A stretch of 63,912 nt of DNA, filler included, from Octopus bimaculoides (GCF_001194135.2; 8 parts of 8 records of this genome joined end to end with filler, not necessarily neighbours in it); one strand, 5' to 3'; counted from the first letter of the whole stretch, positions 23,591 through 37,002 are shown. Numbers and translations are program-made. The notes: generated by a model not told the origin, from the letters alone.

Positions 23591-24473
23591 AAAGTGAAAG
23601 CTGGGATAACCAAAAAAGAAAAAAATTTAATTTACCCAAAAAGTGTAAAAATGGCAAGTAGTGGGGTGGCGACTGTCACTTTTATCATAAAATCTTGGTA
23701 AAATATGCGAGACACACCATTAAAAAACACAAAAAAACAAAATTCTTTATCTACATAACACAGAAGTGATAAAATTCAAGCTTTTAGCTGTTAAGTTGCA
23801 AAACCGAAAATTCTGCAGCAAAATAAAATTAGTTTATCACAAATAGACCACACCACATGGTTAACCTGTGTTACGGGTATGTGATTATCAGGGGTAAAAA
23901 CTAACGAAACGTGTCGAAATATTTCATTCCTAACTACATAAACTTCGTAAAGAAACAATTCGATTAAAGCATATCTCCTTGTTTGTTGTTGTAGTCGTTA
24001 TAGTAGCAGTAGTAGTAGCAGCAGCAGCAGTAGCAGCAGGAATTGTTGTTGTTGTTCTTCTTTAACCCCAGTTTAGTTCTGATCAAGCTGGCCCATGATC
24101 AAAGACATTCCATCCGTGAGAATTGCAATTTTCAGACAGAATCTATCTCGGAATACGTTAACCAAAAATAAAAAGGAATCAGAAACAGCAAAAAACAAAA
24201 CAAAAAAAAACAACAACTTTTCTTTCTCTCTCTCTTTCTTTTTCTGGGTGAGTCTTGATTTGAAGTGGGTATAAATAAAAATAACGGTTTCTCATTTAGG
24301 AACAGGGCTGAGGGTTTTCTTGGAGAAGAAACCTACTCGAAATCACTGACCCTTGTAAATGACTGGCATCTGGTTTTAATCGATTCTTGATGGAAGAACG
24401 TTAAATTTGAACTCGGTGGAATTTGAAGTCAGAACAAACACTTATCGTCAGCTTGGTAAGGTTAGGGTTAGGG

Positions 24474-24845
24474 TTTCAAATTCTAGCACAAGGCGAGCAT
24501 TTTTTTTTTTTTTTTTTTTTTGCAGGGGACTGGTCAATTTCATCAACCCGACTGTACAACTGGTACTTATTTTATAGATCCCGAAATGATGAAAGGCAAA
24601 ATGGAACTCGATGGGATTTGAATTCGGAGCATAAAACCGAACGAAATGACGCTAAGCATTTCACCTGTCGTACTACCAATTCCGCTAGATCTCAGCCTTA
24701 ACATTTGGATTTCAAATTTTAGCATAAAGCCCGATAAAAGGCAAAAGCGACCTTGCCCAAATTTGAACTCGGAACGTAAAGCCAGACAAAATGATGCTAA
24801 GAATTTAGCCCGGCATGCAAACTATTTCACTAGATCGCTACCTTA
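24474..24845 (-). mobile_element. Two tandem family A SINEs (24474-24700; internally deleted 24700-24845)
   Basis: gatgaaaggcaaa..atttgaa(t/c)tcgga..gctaag(c/a)attt..cctt appears twice. Confidence 0.7.
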
Positions 24846-24852
24846 ACATATT

Positions 24853-25240
24853 GTTGTTGTTGGCACTCCGTCGCTTACGACGTTGAGAGTTCCAGTTGAT
24901 CCGATCAACAGAACAGCCTGCTCGTGAAATTAATGTGCAAGTAGCTGAGTACTCCACAGACACGTGTGCCCTTAACGTAGTTCTCGGGGATATTCAGCGT
25001 GACACAGTGTGACAAGGCTGACCCCTATGAATTACAGGCACAACAGAAACAGGAAGTAAGAGTGAGAGAAAGTTGTGGGGAAAGAGTACAGCAGGGTTCG
25101 CCACCATCCCCTGCCGGAGCCTCGTGGAGCTTTCGGTATTTTCGCTCAATAAACACTCACAACGCCCGGTCTGGGAATCGAAACCGCGATCCTATGACCG
25201 CGAATACGCTTCCCTAACCACTGGGCCATTGCGCCTCCAC
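24853..25240 (-). mobile_element. Full-length family B SINE with TSD
   Basis: tRNA-like A/B boxes (tggcccagtgg; ggtttcgattcc), (AAC)n tail, TSD (ac)cttaacatatt at 24840-24852 and 25239-25251. Confidence 0.92.
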
Positions 25241-25311
25241 CTTAACATATTAACCACATGAAAACATCGTTACGAACCGCGTACCTTCCTCAGTTAATAT
25301 GCATCAAAACA

Positions 25312-25515
25312 ATGGCGGCAAGCTGGCAGAATCGTTAACTTCCCGGGCAAAATGCTTCGCAACCTTTAAATTTTGAGTTAAAATTCTGTCCAGGTAGACT
25401 TTGAATTTCATCGTTTTGGGGTCGATAAAATAAGTACCAGTCGAACACTGGGGTTGATGCACTCGACTTACCCATCTCCCGAAACTGGTGACCTTATGCC
25501 AAAATTTGAAACCAA
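25312..25515 (+). mobile_element. Family A SINE
   Basis: ggcggcaagctggcagaatcgtta..tttcatcgttttggggtcgataaaataagtaccag. Confidence 0.85.
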
Positions 25516-25540
25516 TGTACATTGAAACAATAGAGGGAGG

Positions 25541-25912
25541 TACTTGTTTCAGTCATTTGACTGAGGTCATGTTGGAGCAACATCTTGAAGGGTTTTGGTC
25601 GAACAAATCGACCCCAAGACTTATTCTTTGTAAGCCTAGTACTTATTCTATCTTTTCTTACCGAACCGCTAGGTAATGGGGACGTAAGCACACCAACATT
25701 GGTTGTGAAGCGGTGATGGGGGGACAAATACATACACAAGCACACACATACATAAATATATAGGACGGGCTTCCGTTAGTTTCCGTCTACCAAATCCACT
25801 CATAAGGTTTTGCTCAGCCCAAACCTACTTGCCCAAGGTGCTATGTAGCGGCACTGAACCTGGGACCATGTGGTTGAGAAGTAAGCTTCTTACCACACTA
25901 GCTACCCCTGCA
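25541..25912 (-). mobile_element. Near full-length family C SINE
   Basis: Reverse complement of the 59067-59420 family, including cacttgcccaaggtg and gtttccgtctaccaaatccactca. Confidence 0.85.
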
Positions 25913-25915
25913 TAA

Positions 25916-26043
<128 letters not shown>

Positions 26044-26750
26044 ATTAAATCAATCTGTATAATAAGACAACCATACGGCGCTTGATTTGCTAAAAATTGA
26101 TTTGCTAAAAATTGCAGTCAAAAGTCCCTCGTTTCATACGCATTAGTTGTACCGACGTTTTCAGTACAAGACGCCACAATGGTACCCAAGCCAAAACTTC
26201 CTTGTTGCTGGCCGAATTTCTAAACTATCAGCGAAGCCGGTATGTGTGATGAAATCACATAAATAGAACAGCTTTCATCTCAAATCTACAAAATCATAGC
26301 GAATCCACTTGGTTACTGCTTAACTAAAACATAAATCCGATCTTTATTTCATTGAATTAGCCACCAGGGCTGTACATAGAATGGATCTTAATCCGATCTT
26401 AATAAGGCTTATGCTCGCAGGGAACGTCGTATTCAGCTTTCTGTCGCCGGATCTCTGTCTACGAGTTCTTTCTAAACAACACAAACAACTATATCCTTAA
26501 GAAACAGCAATGCGTTTGACTTTCCGTTCTTTAGCAATTCAGTAGGGCGGTGGTTGCATGTTATAGAGTATTCAGGTCGATGGGAACAAAAGGAATATTT
26601 GCTCAAAAGAACAAAATGCAACTCTATGTATTGTGAGACGATATATTTACTCCAGAAAGATTCAAATCTTTATGAAAGGGATTGAGTAGCAAAATTATAT
26701 AAGTCATACCATCTCCTAGACCAAATAATAAACTAAAGACGTAGTAACAG

Positions 26751-26810
<60 letters not shown>

Positions 26811-26875
26811 TTTCTTTAACTTGGCACCCGGGCGAAGGGTGAGAGGGACAATACAAAGAGAGACATAAAATGTGT

Positions 26876-26979
<104 letters not shown>

Positions 26980-27310
26980 AGGGTTACATACAATCATAAA
27001 GTTATCAAATTAGCGGAATGGTGAGAAAATGAGACTGTGGAAAAGAAAAGTATTTTCTTTATGCTTAAATACATTTTTACGAAACCACGCGTCTATATGC
27101 AAACAATAGTCATTTCATTTTAAAAAAGAAAAACATTTGCTTTGTAATATAAATAATAATTTCATTCTTTAAGCCTCAGACAACTTTATGTCAGATGTGT
27201 TATTACAGTCTATCCGTCTGCGTGTCTGTTTGAGTGTCTGTCTGTGTATCCGCCTGTCTATGTATGTATGTATGTATGTATGTATGTATGTATGTATGTA
27301 TGTATGTATG

Positions 27311-27385
27311 CAGGCGTGGCTGTGTAGTAAGCTTGCTTCAGAACCACATGGTTCCGGGTTCAGTCCCACTGCGTGTCACCTTGGA
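27311..27385 (+). mobile_element. Family C SINE head only
   Basis: caggcgtggctgtgtagtaagcttgc..ggttcagtcccactgcgtgtcaccttgg. Confidence 0.75.
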
Positions 27386-27927
27386 TCTACTCTGAATATG
27401 CTTTCCTAAGTAGAAGAAAGAAACTGGAAGAGAGTACTCCCCATGCTTTTATGATGCCAGAGCAATCTGGGGTTTTTTGAGTAGGGTTTACCCCGAATTA
27501 TCCTAAGTGGAATTCCTTGCTATTGAGGTTTCTATTAATTAATTAATTGATTTATTTTTATATACTTTTTTATAAAGCCTTCAATGTTGTAGTGTCTCTA
27601 TTTGATCCATATAAATTTCTACCTGTCTTGTGGGTTGTATCTCGTCCTTTGGTATTGTCTACCGTGACTTGGGCCCTTGTGGCCAATAGACGAAATCATT
27701 ATAACAAAAAAAGAAAAAAAGAGAAGCTGCACGTATAACACATAACTTAGAAGCAGCGCCACAGACGTACCAACACACACGAAATTGAAACATAGCCAAC
27801 CTCACGCACTTCTCATGAGGAATTCCGGAAGGAGCTTCGTGAGACCACCGCTGAGACACTTCCGGAGAAAAAAATAAGAAAGAAAAGCTGTTAGTAAACA
27901 GTTTATAGCAGTGACTCCATCTAAGAA

Positions 27928-27962
27928 GATCTGAAGAAGGAATTGTATTCCGAAATATCATC
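27928..27962 (+). ncRNA. Minimal type I hammerhead ribozyme motif (Penelope-type)
   Basis: gat-CTGAAGA-a-GGAA-ttgta-TTCC-GAAA-tATC-atc: intact core, 4-bp stem II, 3-bp stem I, loopless palindromic stem III. Confidence 0.55.
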
Positions 27963-28502
27963 GGACTATAGATAACTAAATTACAACAAATATATAGTCC
28001 ATTTTTTGTATTATTGAGCATTGTTGTACCATTCAAAACTTTTTATTCTTTGAAATCATTATTATTATTGTTATTATTGTTATTATTGTTATTGTTGTTG
28101 TCATCGTTTACATTATTGCTATTTTGTTCTATACAGGCTATTTCCAATCTCACCCAGAGATTGGAAATAACAATAAGTTATGAGTAATTAATTACTTTTG
28201 GCATTGATATATTGTAAGGGGAAGAAACCTTACAATATATAAATTTGAGAAAAATTCTTTTAAATTTGTAATATTTCAGTTTTGATAGCGTTTTAAGAGA
28301 ATCCGACAGACAATGTTTTTCGTAGGATGGTGGCAGTACCCAGAATATCATCATTATTATAGTTGTTGCTGTTGTTGTTGGGTTGTTCTACTTCCACTTA
28401 TATATATCTAACGTGCTCATTTTGTTGCTAGAGGTATCCTTAATGTACAAGCTGTTCACATCCCGTGATCTAAGATCTGCCAGTTTATTTTATTTTCAAT
28501 AG

Positions 28503-28692
28503 CAGTACTCCACAACTGGTATGCCGCGGCACACTGCTGTGCCACCACGAAACGATGCTAGGCGTGCTGCAGTGTAACCTGAATATAATATTTTTCCCTA
28601 CACTTAAAATTATATTTTTAGTTCAGGTGTGCCGCCGAATTTTGAAAAGAATATAAATATATCGCAAGAGAAAAAATGGTTGCGGAGCACTG
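28503..28692. mobile_element. hAT-type MITE
   Basis: TIRs cagtactccacaac / ggttgcggagcactg; imperfect 8-bp TSD ttcaatag / ttttatag. Confidence 0.7.
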
Positions 28693-29270
28693 TTTTATAG
28701 TAATATCTGGTCTTCTTACTTCAATAATTTAGTTGGTCATTTTCAGAAGGTCCCATAAGATCCTGTAATTCCTATTCTCTGTCACAATCTCCAGTTCATG
28801 TTCATACACTCAGCTAACGCCCTAATGCATTTTTTGACCTACACAATCATGCCTGTACCTATACTCTTTTTAGCTTACTGCGTTCACTCAAGAAATGATT
28901 GATGCTCTCGTACCCTTTCCTATAAATTCTACATTTGCTGACTGACTGAGTTTTGTCGATCTTTGCCTTTATCAGATTCGTTGAAATGCCTTCTCCTTGA
29001 GCGGCAAACTATTCACGCTTCGGTCTATCAGCCAGAGCCAGCATTGTTTACTTATTTCTAAAATTCTCGGATTGCTGCATAAATTGACCATGTAATTCCT
29101 CCGTCCATCCTTTTTTTCCCCATCTCCTCGATATGCAGCGCTTCTTTCTCTTCTTGAATCTGCTCATTGTCTATAATTTTGCCACCGTTGTCGTCGTTGC
29201 CATTGTCGCCGTCGTCGTTAATGTAAATCCGTTGTGGTCACTAAAGAAATTATTATTATTATTATTATTA

Positions 29271-29307
<37 letters not shown>

Positions 29308-29311
29308 CATT

Positions 29312-29854
29312 AAGTGAGAGAGCGGCGTATGCTGTCAAAGTGACACTGGGGGTACAAATATACGAAGCCCAGTATACTCATCATGATTACCCACCTGATA
29401 AGGGTACATAAGGCACATGCATCACAACCATATGTGTGTGACATGGTGATCTCATATCAAGATCCACGGCGCATGACCTTGAAGGTGGGGCCCAGTTAGA
29501 AATTTTGTTCAAGTCGAGTAGCCCATCTTACTCAAAAAAATCCCTGAATATAGTTTTTAAGAATGGTGAACGAAACACCCACGTTTCCAGAGGTGAATTA
29601 TTCCTTTCAACACATGGCTATGATGCTCCTCCACTACTTCTGCTCATGATCAGGGATGCACATATCATCAGCCACCAAGGGCTATGCTCAACTGGTTAAG
29701 GTCAAACAACTGACAAGCAAATCTGTGGTATTGAGCAGAATATTTGCTGTAGCCCATCTTTTTATACCAAGACAAAACAATGTACATGATAACACTTCCA
29801 ATCAATTAAAATCAGAAGCCATGAGAGCCACTGCCTGGTACTGCATCCGGGCAT
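29312..29854 (-). mobile_element. ~540-bp non-coding interspersed element embedded in (AAT)n
   Basis: Unique, GC-richer block with long (ATT)n tracts abutting both ends; no convincing ORF. Orientation is inferred by analogy with R4/Dong tails. Confidence 0.55.
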
Positions 29855-29855
29855 A

Positions 29856-29915
<60 letters not shown>

Positions 29916-30479
29916 CATCATCATCATTGTGACCATTATTATTATTCCTGTTACTGAGGTTCGTTTTATAGTTATAATTATTGCCACATTGTCACAAAAA
30001 TGGGACTTTTGGAATTGGAGGTACCATATTCCTGAAAGAGGTTCCATTAATTCTCTATCATTGTGAACTAAGATACATTCTGTTGGTATACGAAAATAAC
30101 ATTGCAAGTATAATCTGCCGACTACATCATTCTTTAAAAAAAAAAAACTACGAGCTTTTATAATATCTGTGAGTGTGTGTGACATTTGCCTGAGTGTGTG
30201 TGTGTGTGTGTATTCGATGGAGAGAGGGAGAGAGGGAGAGAAGGAAAGAAATTGCGTATATTGTATGTGAGTTGTATCTATGTATATGTTTATTTCTATG
30301 TTGAAAATATATATGTGTACATATATATACGTATGCGTGAAAGAATTTTATTGTGTGCATGTGTGTGCGTGTGTGTTAGTATTAATACATATGTGTGTAT
30401 GCATGAGTATATGCAAATACGAATAAGATTCTACCTCCCCTCCCGCCCTCTCTCCCTCTCTTTTTCTTTCCTTATCTCT

Positions 30480-30504
30480 CTCTCTCCCTCTCTCTCTCTC
30501 CCTC

Positions 30505-30581
<77 letters not shown>

Positions 30582-30590
30582 CTCGCTCTC
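30480..30590. repeat. (CT)n tract, followed by (ATCC)n/(TATC)n at ~30790-30960
   Basis: Direct reading. Confidence 0.9.
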
Positions 30591-30911
30591 TGTATGTCTG
30601 ATTGTAACTGTGTGCGTGTAGTCAATACATATAGAGCTTTTATATCCATTTGTTGTAAGCTGAAGCGACGATCCGCCATTGTTTTCAATGTTTGTCTGGG
30701 CGTTCTTGAGAGAGAAACATACAGAGAAGTTTCAACTTACAGCAACTGAATATATCCACAAATAAATATGCGAGTATGTATGTATATAGTTCCATCCATC
30801 CATCCATCCAACCATCCATCCATCCATCCAACCATCCATCCATCCATCCATCCATCCATCCATCCATCTATCCATCTATCCATTCATCTGTCAGTCTGTC
30901 TGCCTGACTGC

Positions 30912-30959
<48 letters not shown>

Positions 30960-31867
30960 ATGTATGTATGTACGCGTATGTGTGTTTACACACACTCACA
31001 CACACACGCACACGCACAAATTTATACACGTATATGTGCGTGTGTGTGTATGTATGTATACATGCATGTATATACATGTATATATATATATATATATATG
31101 CATGTATATATATATATATATGCATGTATATATATATATACATATATATATACATATATANNNNNNNNNNNNNNNNNNNNNNNNNNNNNNNNNNNNNNNN
31201 NNNNNNNNNNNNNNNNNNNNNNNNNNNNNNNNNNNNNNNNNNNNNNNNNNNNNNNNNNNNNNNNNNNNNNNNNNNNNNNNNNNNNNNNNNNNNNNNNNNN
31301 NNNNNNNNNNNNNNNNNNNNNNNNNNNNNNNNNNNNNNNNNNNNNNNNNNNNNNNNNNNNNNNNNNNNNNNNNNNNNNNNNNNNNNNNNNNNNNNNNNNN
31401 NNNNNNNNNNNNNNNNNNNNNNNNNNNNNNNNNNNNNNNNNNNNNNNNNNNNNNNNNNNNNNNNNNNNNNNNNNNNNNNNNNNNNNNNNNNNNNNNNNNN
31501 NNNNNNNNNNNNNNNNNNNNNNNNNNNNNNNNNNNNNNNNNNNNNNNNNNNNNNNNNNNNNNNNNNNNNNNNNNNNNNNNNNNNNNNNNNNNNNNNNNNN
31601 NNNNNNNNNNNNNNNNNNNNNNNNNNNNNNNNNNNNNNNNNNNNNNNNNNNNNNNNNNNNNNNNNNNNNNNNNNNNNNNNNNNNNNNNNNNNNNNNNNNN
31701 NNNNNNNNNNNNNNNNNNNNNNNNNNNNNNNNNNNNNNNNNNNNNNNNNNNNNNNNNNNNNNNNNNNNNNNNNNNNNNNNNNNNNNNNNNNNNNNNNNNN
31801 NNNNNNNNNNNNNNNNNNNNNNNNNNNNNNNNNNNNNNNNNNNNNNNNNNNNNNNNNNNNNNNNNNN

Positions 31868-31944
<77 letters not shown>

Positions 31945-32720
31945 AAATGTGTGCGTGTATAGGTGTGTATGTGTGCGTGTGTGTGTACGTGTGAATGTTT
32001 ATGCGAAGAATTTAGAATGTGTCGGAATCCGCCTCCTCCACGGAAACGTCTATGTATCGAGGTTTTCAGATATTTGTACTTTAGCGGGAATGTACAACCA
32101 GGTTTGTCATTGTTTGTTGTTTTTGTTTTGTTTTGTTTTCTTTTCTCATAATGTATTATCAATTTGTGTGTGTGTGTGTGTGTGTGTGCTGAAATTCATT
32201 TCTCAGCAAATCTCTGGACTATTTCCTTCTCTCAGTATCAATGTGTGTTCTTGCATGTACAAAAAACGGACATGCGTATGTATGTATTTATGTTTATATG
32301 TATGTATGTGTGTATGTTTGTATGTGTGTGTATGTATGTATTTATGTGTGTGTGTATGTATGTATGTGTGTATGTATGTGTGCATATATATGTATGTGTG
32401 TGTTTGTATGTATGTATGTATGTGCATGTATTTATGTATGTATGTATGTGTGTATGTATGTATATGTGTGTATGTGTGTGTATTTATGTATGTATGTATG
32501 TATGTATGTATGTGTGTGTGTGTATATATGTATGCATGTGTGCATGTGTTAATATGTGTGTGATGCGTGTATGTGTGTAAGTGTGCATGTATATATATGT
32601 ATATATATATATATATATATNNNNNNNNNNNNNNNNNNNNNNNNNNNNNNNNNNNNNNNNNNNNTTAATTAATTAANNNNNNNNNNNNNNNNNNNNNNNN
32701 NNNNNNNNNNNNNNNNNNNN

Positions 32721-33170
32721 CGTATAAAGCGAGCACGATTACAGAAAACAAAGGCGAGTGTCTCAACAGAGAAAGGAGACGAGACTTTCTCAAGGTCAGC
32801 AGATGCATGCTGCAGCCCGTCAGACTCAAGAGAGAAGGGAGATGAGGTTTTCCCAATATCAGCTAAGGCATGCTGTAATACTTAATGCTGAATCATTAGA
32901 ACAACGTTTAACACCCCAGATTAGACAGAGGTCCAATACAATAGCTCTCAGAAATAGATCACATGCAAATTCGCTCTTCGCAACACCAGGAGCTGCTTTC
33001 ATATATGACCCATCCTATTACTATGAAAATGATAATTCTGTACAAAATTGTGTGCTACACTCAAATTGTCGTTTCTGCAAAGCTTTCAAAGTTCCAAATG
33101 AAACTAATGGCATGTGCTGCTCGGGTGGTATGGTAAGATTGCAAGCACTACCAGCTCCTTACCGTCTCCC
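32721..33170 (+). mobile_element. Helitron RepHel N-terminal fragment with zinc-finger-like region
   Basis: AAFIYDPSYYYE..CRFCKAFK..NETNGMCCSGG.VRL..LPAP, preceded by ARxxE-type low-complexity repeats. Confidence 0.8.
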
Positions 33171-33488
33171 ATTGCAACCCATTTCTAGAATGTACCCATT
33201 TACCTAGAATATCTCCATTATACCTCCATTCATTTGACTGTCAACCATACGACGTGTCGTGTTAGACGTAGCGCTGACCGCCTCAAACAAGTGTATTCCA
33301 CTGAGCTTTTCGGTGGGTTAGAAAATTACATACCTTCACCCCCAATTTTCCCTGATAGGTTAGCACTTGGAATCCTCCAATCCTCCGATGTATTACATGT
33401 TGATTAATCGAATTAGACCATCATTTACTCCACAAATGTTTTGTCGTCAAAGCTGCACTTTCCCGATTCACCTGTTTCAACATAACTG

Positions 33489-33523
<35 letters not shown>

Positions 33524-33541
33524 NNNNNNNNNNNNNNATAA

Positions 33542-33737
33542 TGTGGAAGAAGCTCTGTGATAGAATCGTTTTGGCTTTGATTTTTAAAATCTATGGTTGG
33601 CAAATATCCAGGATATATATATTTCAAGTGTTTTTCATTAAATTTTATCTAATTAAGAATCTCTCGGACTTAATCCTGATCATCCTAAAATACGTACAAC
33701 TTTGTAACTGAAGAAAATGTGAACTAATTTAGAAATA
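33542..33737 (+). repeat. Direct duplicate, copy 1 (pairs with 35184-35385)
   Basis: tgtggaagaa.ctctgtgatagaatcgttttggctttgatttttaaaatctatggttggcaaatatcc is shared almost exactly. Confidence 0.9.
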
Positions 33738-34039
33738 TAAGATTATTGTGGCAAGAATCTTGTTATTTCAGACCTGGAGTTATAAAATATAAAATGAGAG
33801 GACCTTAAATTATTATCTTTGAATGTAAAGAATTTTATACATGTAAAAATTCCTTTTTGAAAATTTTTAGCGAATCCCAATCTTCGCCTAGTAATTTTCA
33901 TTGCGTATTTTACTTTAATATGTTTTAATTAATGTGTTGTAGAGTGCAGTGCTGTACTGTATTTTTATTTATTAATTTAATACTTTTTAGGCGTTAAAAT
34001 GCTTTTTTTTTTACCACAGAAATAATTAAAATCTAAAAA

Positions 34040-34197
34040 AAAATAAATAGCTATCGGCTGCAGAAACCCGAAATATATTAAGGAATCCGCGATATATTAA
34101 GGAATCCGCGATATAAATTTACATATATTAGCCAGAAAAATCCACGATGTACTGCGGGCGTTATAGGCGAACCGTGATTTGGCGAGTGATTACTGTA
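34040..34197. mobile_element. Possible Tigger/pogo-like MITE end
   Basis: gcgaaccgtgatttggcgagtgattactgta terminus; internal tandem atatattaaggaatccgcg x2. Confidence 0.35.
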
Positions 34198-35183
34198 CTT
34201 TTTAATGTATCTAATTCTTATTAATGTTGCATGAAGTACATTGTTTTAATAAATAAAAGCAAACAGAATTAGCATATCCATAATATTGATATACTTGAGA
34301 TAGCGTCATAAAATATATGAATGACAGGGGCTTATATTATTGTCATTGAGTTTCAGTGTTTTGACAGATTTAAATTCTTTTTAGAAAATGTCCGTCATTA
34401 AGTGCCTTCTGTGAAATATTAATTTTCCTTTGTTATGTTCGAAACAACTGGCGATCTTTCGTTTTGACTACATTTTACGTCATTTGTAATCCACGTGCGT
34501 TTATGTTTCCGTAAAAGGGTTTTAGGGTTACGGTTAATGTTCAATCTTTAGCAAACTGTTTTGAAACAGGTTTATGTTCTGAGGTGTATCGGCTGTAAAT
34601 ATATCCGTAAAAAACCAGATTTTTACTATGATGTGAATATTTCTTATTTATGATTATAGGGTGCGATATGATGGAGATTTGACTACAATATCCAGCAAAT
34701 GGCGACCCAATAGTGTCTCTCCTTTGGCACATTATAAAAAAAGATGTCATGTACAACTAAGATTCAATAATTTTAATAAGAAATAACGTTTCTTCATTAT
34801 GATCTAAAAATTATATTGCTCACCACAATTTCTATATTTATGCCGGCGAAATCATATTATTTTCTTCTCTCTATATAACTTCCCGTTATAGAAATAGTTA
34901 TTTTCGTCAAGAATTAAGTCTCCAGTTGTCTCGTTCACATATCTTCCTATCGCCTCCGTCTACGGCGGATGGACGTTTCTCTTCATTTTCTAAGATATCC
35001 GGATATTAACATTTTCATGTTGTTTTCGACTTCCTCCGGATAGATGAACACTTAAATACTGTTTAATGTTTTAACATCGCAACCAGAATATAATACAATT
35101 TAGTCAGATGTACACCACATAGAAAAGGATATAACTTCTATTCTGGATATAATACTTAAATGTTGTTTAATGAGATGTTTAAG

Positions 35184-35385
35184 TGTGGAAGAAACTCTGT
35201 GATAGAATCGTTTTGGCTTTGATTTTTAAAATCTATGGTTGGCAAATATCCTGATATATATATTTCAAGTGTTTCTCATTATATTTTATGTAATTAAGAA
35301 TTCCTCGGACACATGATCGTTATGAAATGTTCTGAAATATGTTGGTGTTCTGTAGTTGAAGAAAATGTGAACTAATTTGGAAATA
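35184..35385 (+). repeat. Direct duplicate, copy 2
   Basis: See 33542-33737. Confidence 0.9.
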
Positions 35386-35889
35386 AAGTGTTGAACCAAT
35401 ATGGATATAAACGGTTGTCATAGCTGAAACGTCGACACAATAGTGACACCATTATACTCGTTACCATTATGATATAACTTGTTATTCTGTCGCTGAAGAA
35501 GACACAAATCAATTTGAGAATGTGATACATATATTTTTTTTAATGAGAATTATTCAAGATTTTTAACGAAGGAAAACAAACTAAACCAACGAAATATTCA
35601 TAGTTATATAACATGAAGTAAAATTACATGTCTTTCCATATGAACATCTCTATCACACTATTTTCTTTCTGTCCCTTCGTTCTCCTCTTATGCGAAAACA
35701 CGCGAGCATTCTGCTGCGGGCGTTTCAGAGTTCGTTATCTTCAGCATATTCTTGTTATCTTTCGCAACTAAGCGTCCCGGACTCCGACTAATTAACAACG
35801 CCCATAGTACTTATTCCAGAGTACATATTGCCTATAACAATATAAGCTAGGTTTGTGTCTCAATGTTTAAAGTATCATCATGTAGTATC

Positions 35890-36105
35890 TAAGGTAGCAA
35901 GCTGGCAAAATATTTGGCGCTTCGGACAAAGTGCCTGACGTTATTTCTCTCGACTCGTTACGTTGTGAGTTCAAATTCCGCTGAGGTTGACTTTGCGTTT
36001 CATTTTTTCGGATTCGATCAAATAAGTTCCATTTGTTCTTTACGATCGTATTCGATTTCCCCCTCTCCTCAAAATTACACCCTTCAGCCAAAATGCGAAA
36101 CCTTT
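35890..36105 (+). mobile_element. Diverged family A SINE
   Basis: aaggtagcaagctggcaaaat..gagttcaaattccgctgaggttgactttgcgtttcat. Confidence 0.75.
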
Positions 36106-36705
36106 GTCATGCAGGTTTCTTTTAGGGCAAGGTAAACATTAAAAAAAAAAAAACTTCATCTCTTATCTCCTAATTGCCTTTCTCGTTAGACTGCGGCCAC
36201 CTTGAAGAATTTTAATTGAACGAAGGAGGTCCAGTNNNNNNNNNNNNNNNNNNNNNNNNNNNNNNNNNNNNNNNNNNNNNNNNNNNNNNNNNNNNNNNNN
36301 NNNNNNNNNNNNNNNNNNNNNNNNNNNNNNNNNNNNNNNNNNNNNNNNNNNNNNNNNNNNNNNNNNNNNNNNNNNNNNNNNNNNNNNNNNNNNNNNNNNN
36401 NNNNNNNNNNNNNNNNNNNNNNNNNNNNNNNNNNNNNNNNNNNNNNNNNNNNNNNNNNNNNNNNNNNNNNNNNNNNNNNNNNNNNNNNNNNNNNNNNNNN
36501 NNNNNNNNNNNNNNNNNNNNNNNNNNNNNNNNNNNNNNNNNNNNNNNNNNNNNNNNNNNNNNNNNNNNNNNNNNNNNNNNNNNNNNNNNNNNNNNNNNNN
36601 NNNNNNNNNNNNNNNNNNNNNNNNNNNNNNNNNNNNNNNNNNNNNNNNNNNNNNNNNNNNNNNNNNNNNNNNNNNNNNNNNNNNNNNNNNNNNNNNNNNN
36701 NNNNN

Positions 36706-36890
36706 GTTTCTGTTGTGCTTGTAATTCAAAGGGTCAGCCTTGTCACACTGTGTCATGCTGAATATCCCCGAGAACTACGTTAAGGGTACACGTGTCTGTG
36801 GAGTGCTCAGCCACTTGCACGTTAAATTTCACGAGCAGGCTGTTCCGTTGATCGGATCAACTGGAACCCTCGACGTCGTAAGCGACGAAG
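36706..36890 (+). mobile_element. Family B SINE, 3' half (5' in gap)
   Basis: Near-identical to 39040-39225. Confidence 0.88.
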
Positions 36891-37002
36891 TTTAAAATAA
36901 TGGTCATTACACATTATTCCTTTATTAGAGCAAACTTGGCTTACAGCTGTTTCCAGTAGCCATAGGTACGTTACTGATAGGTTTACTCAATTCGTCTATT
37001 GA

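Noticed and set aside
24459-24475. taaggttagggttagggttt telomere-like motif (similar at ~34517)
   Set aside because: Only about two units; too short to call an interstitial telomere.
35715-35750. Minus-strand CTGAAGA..GAAAC spacing
   Set aside because: The intervening bases cannot form stem II.
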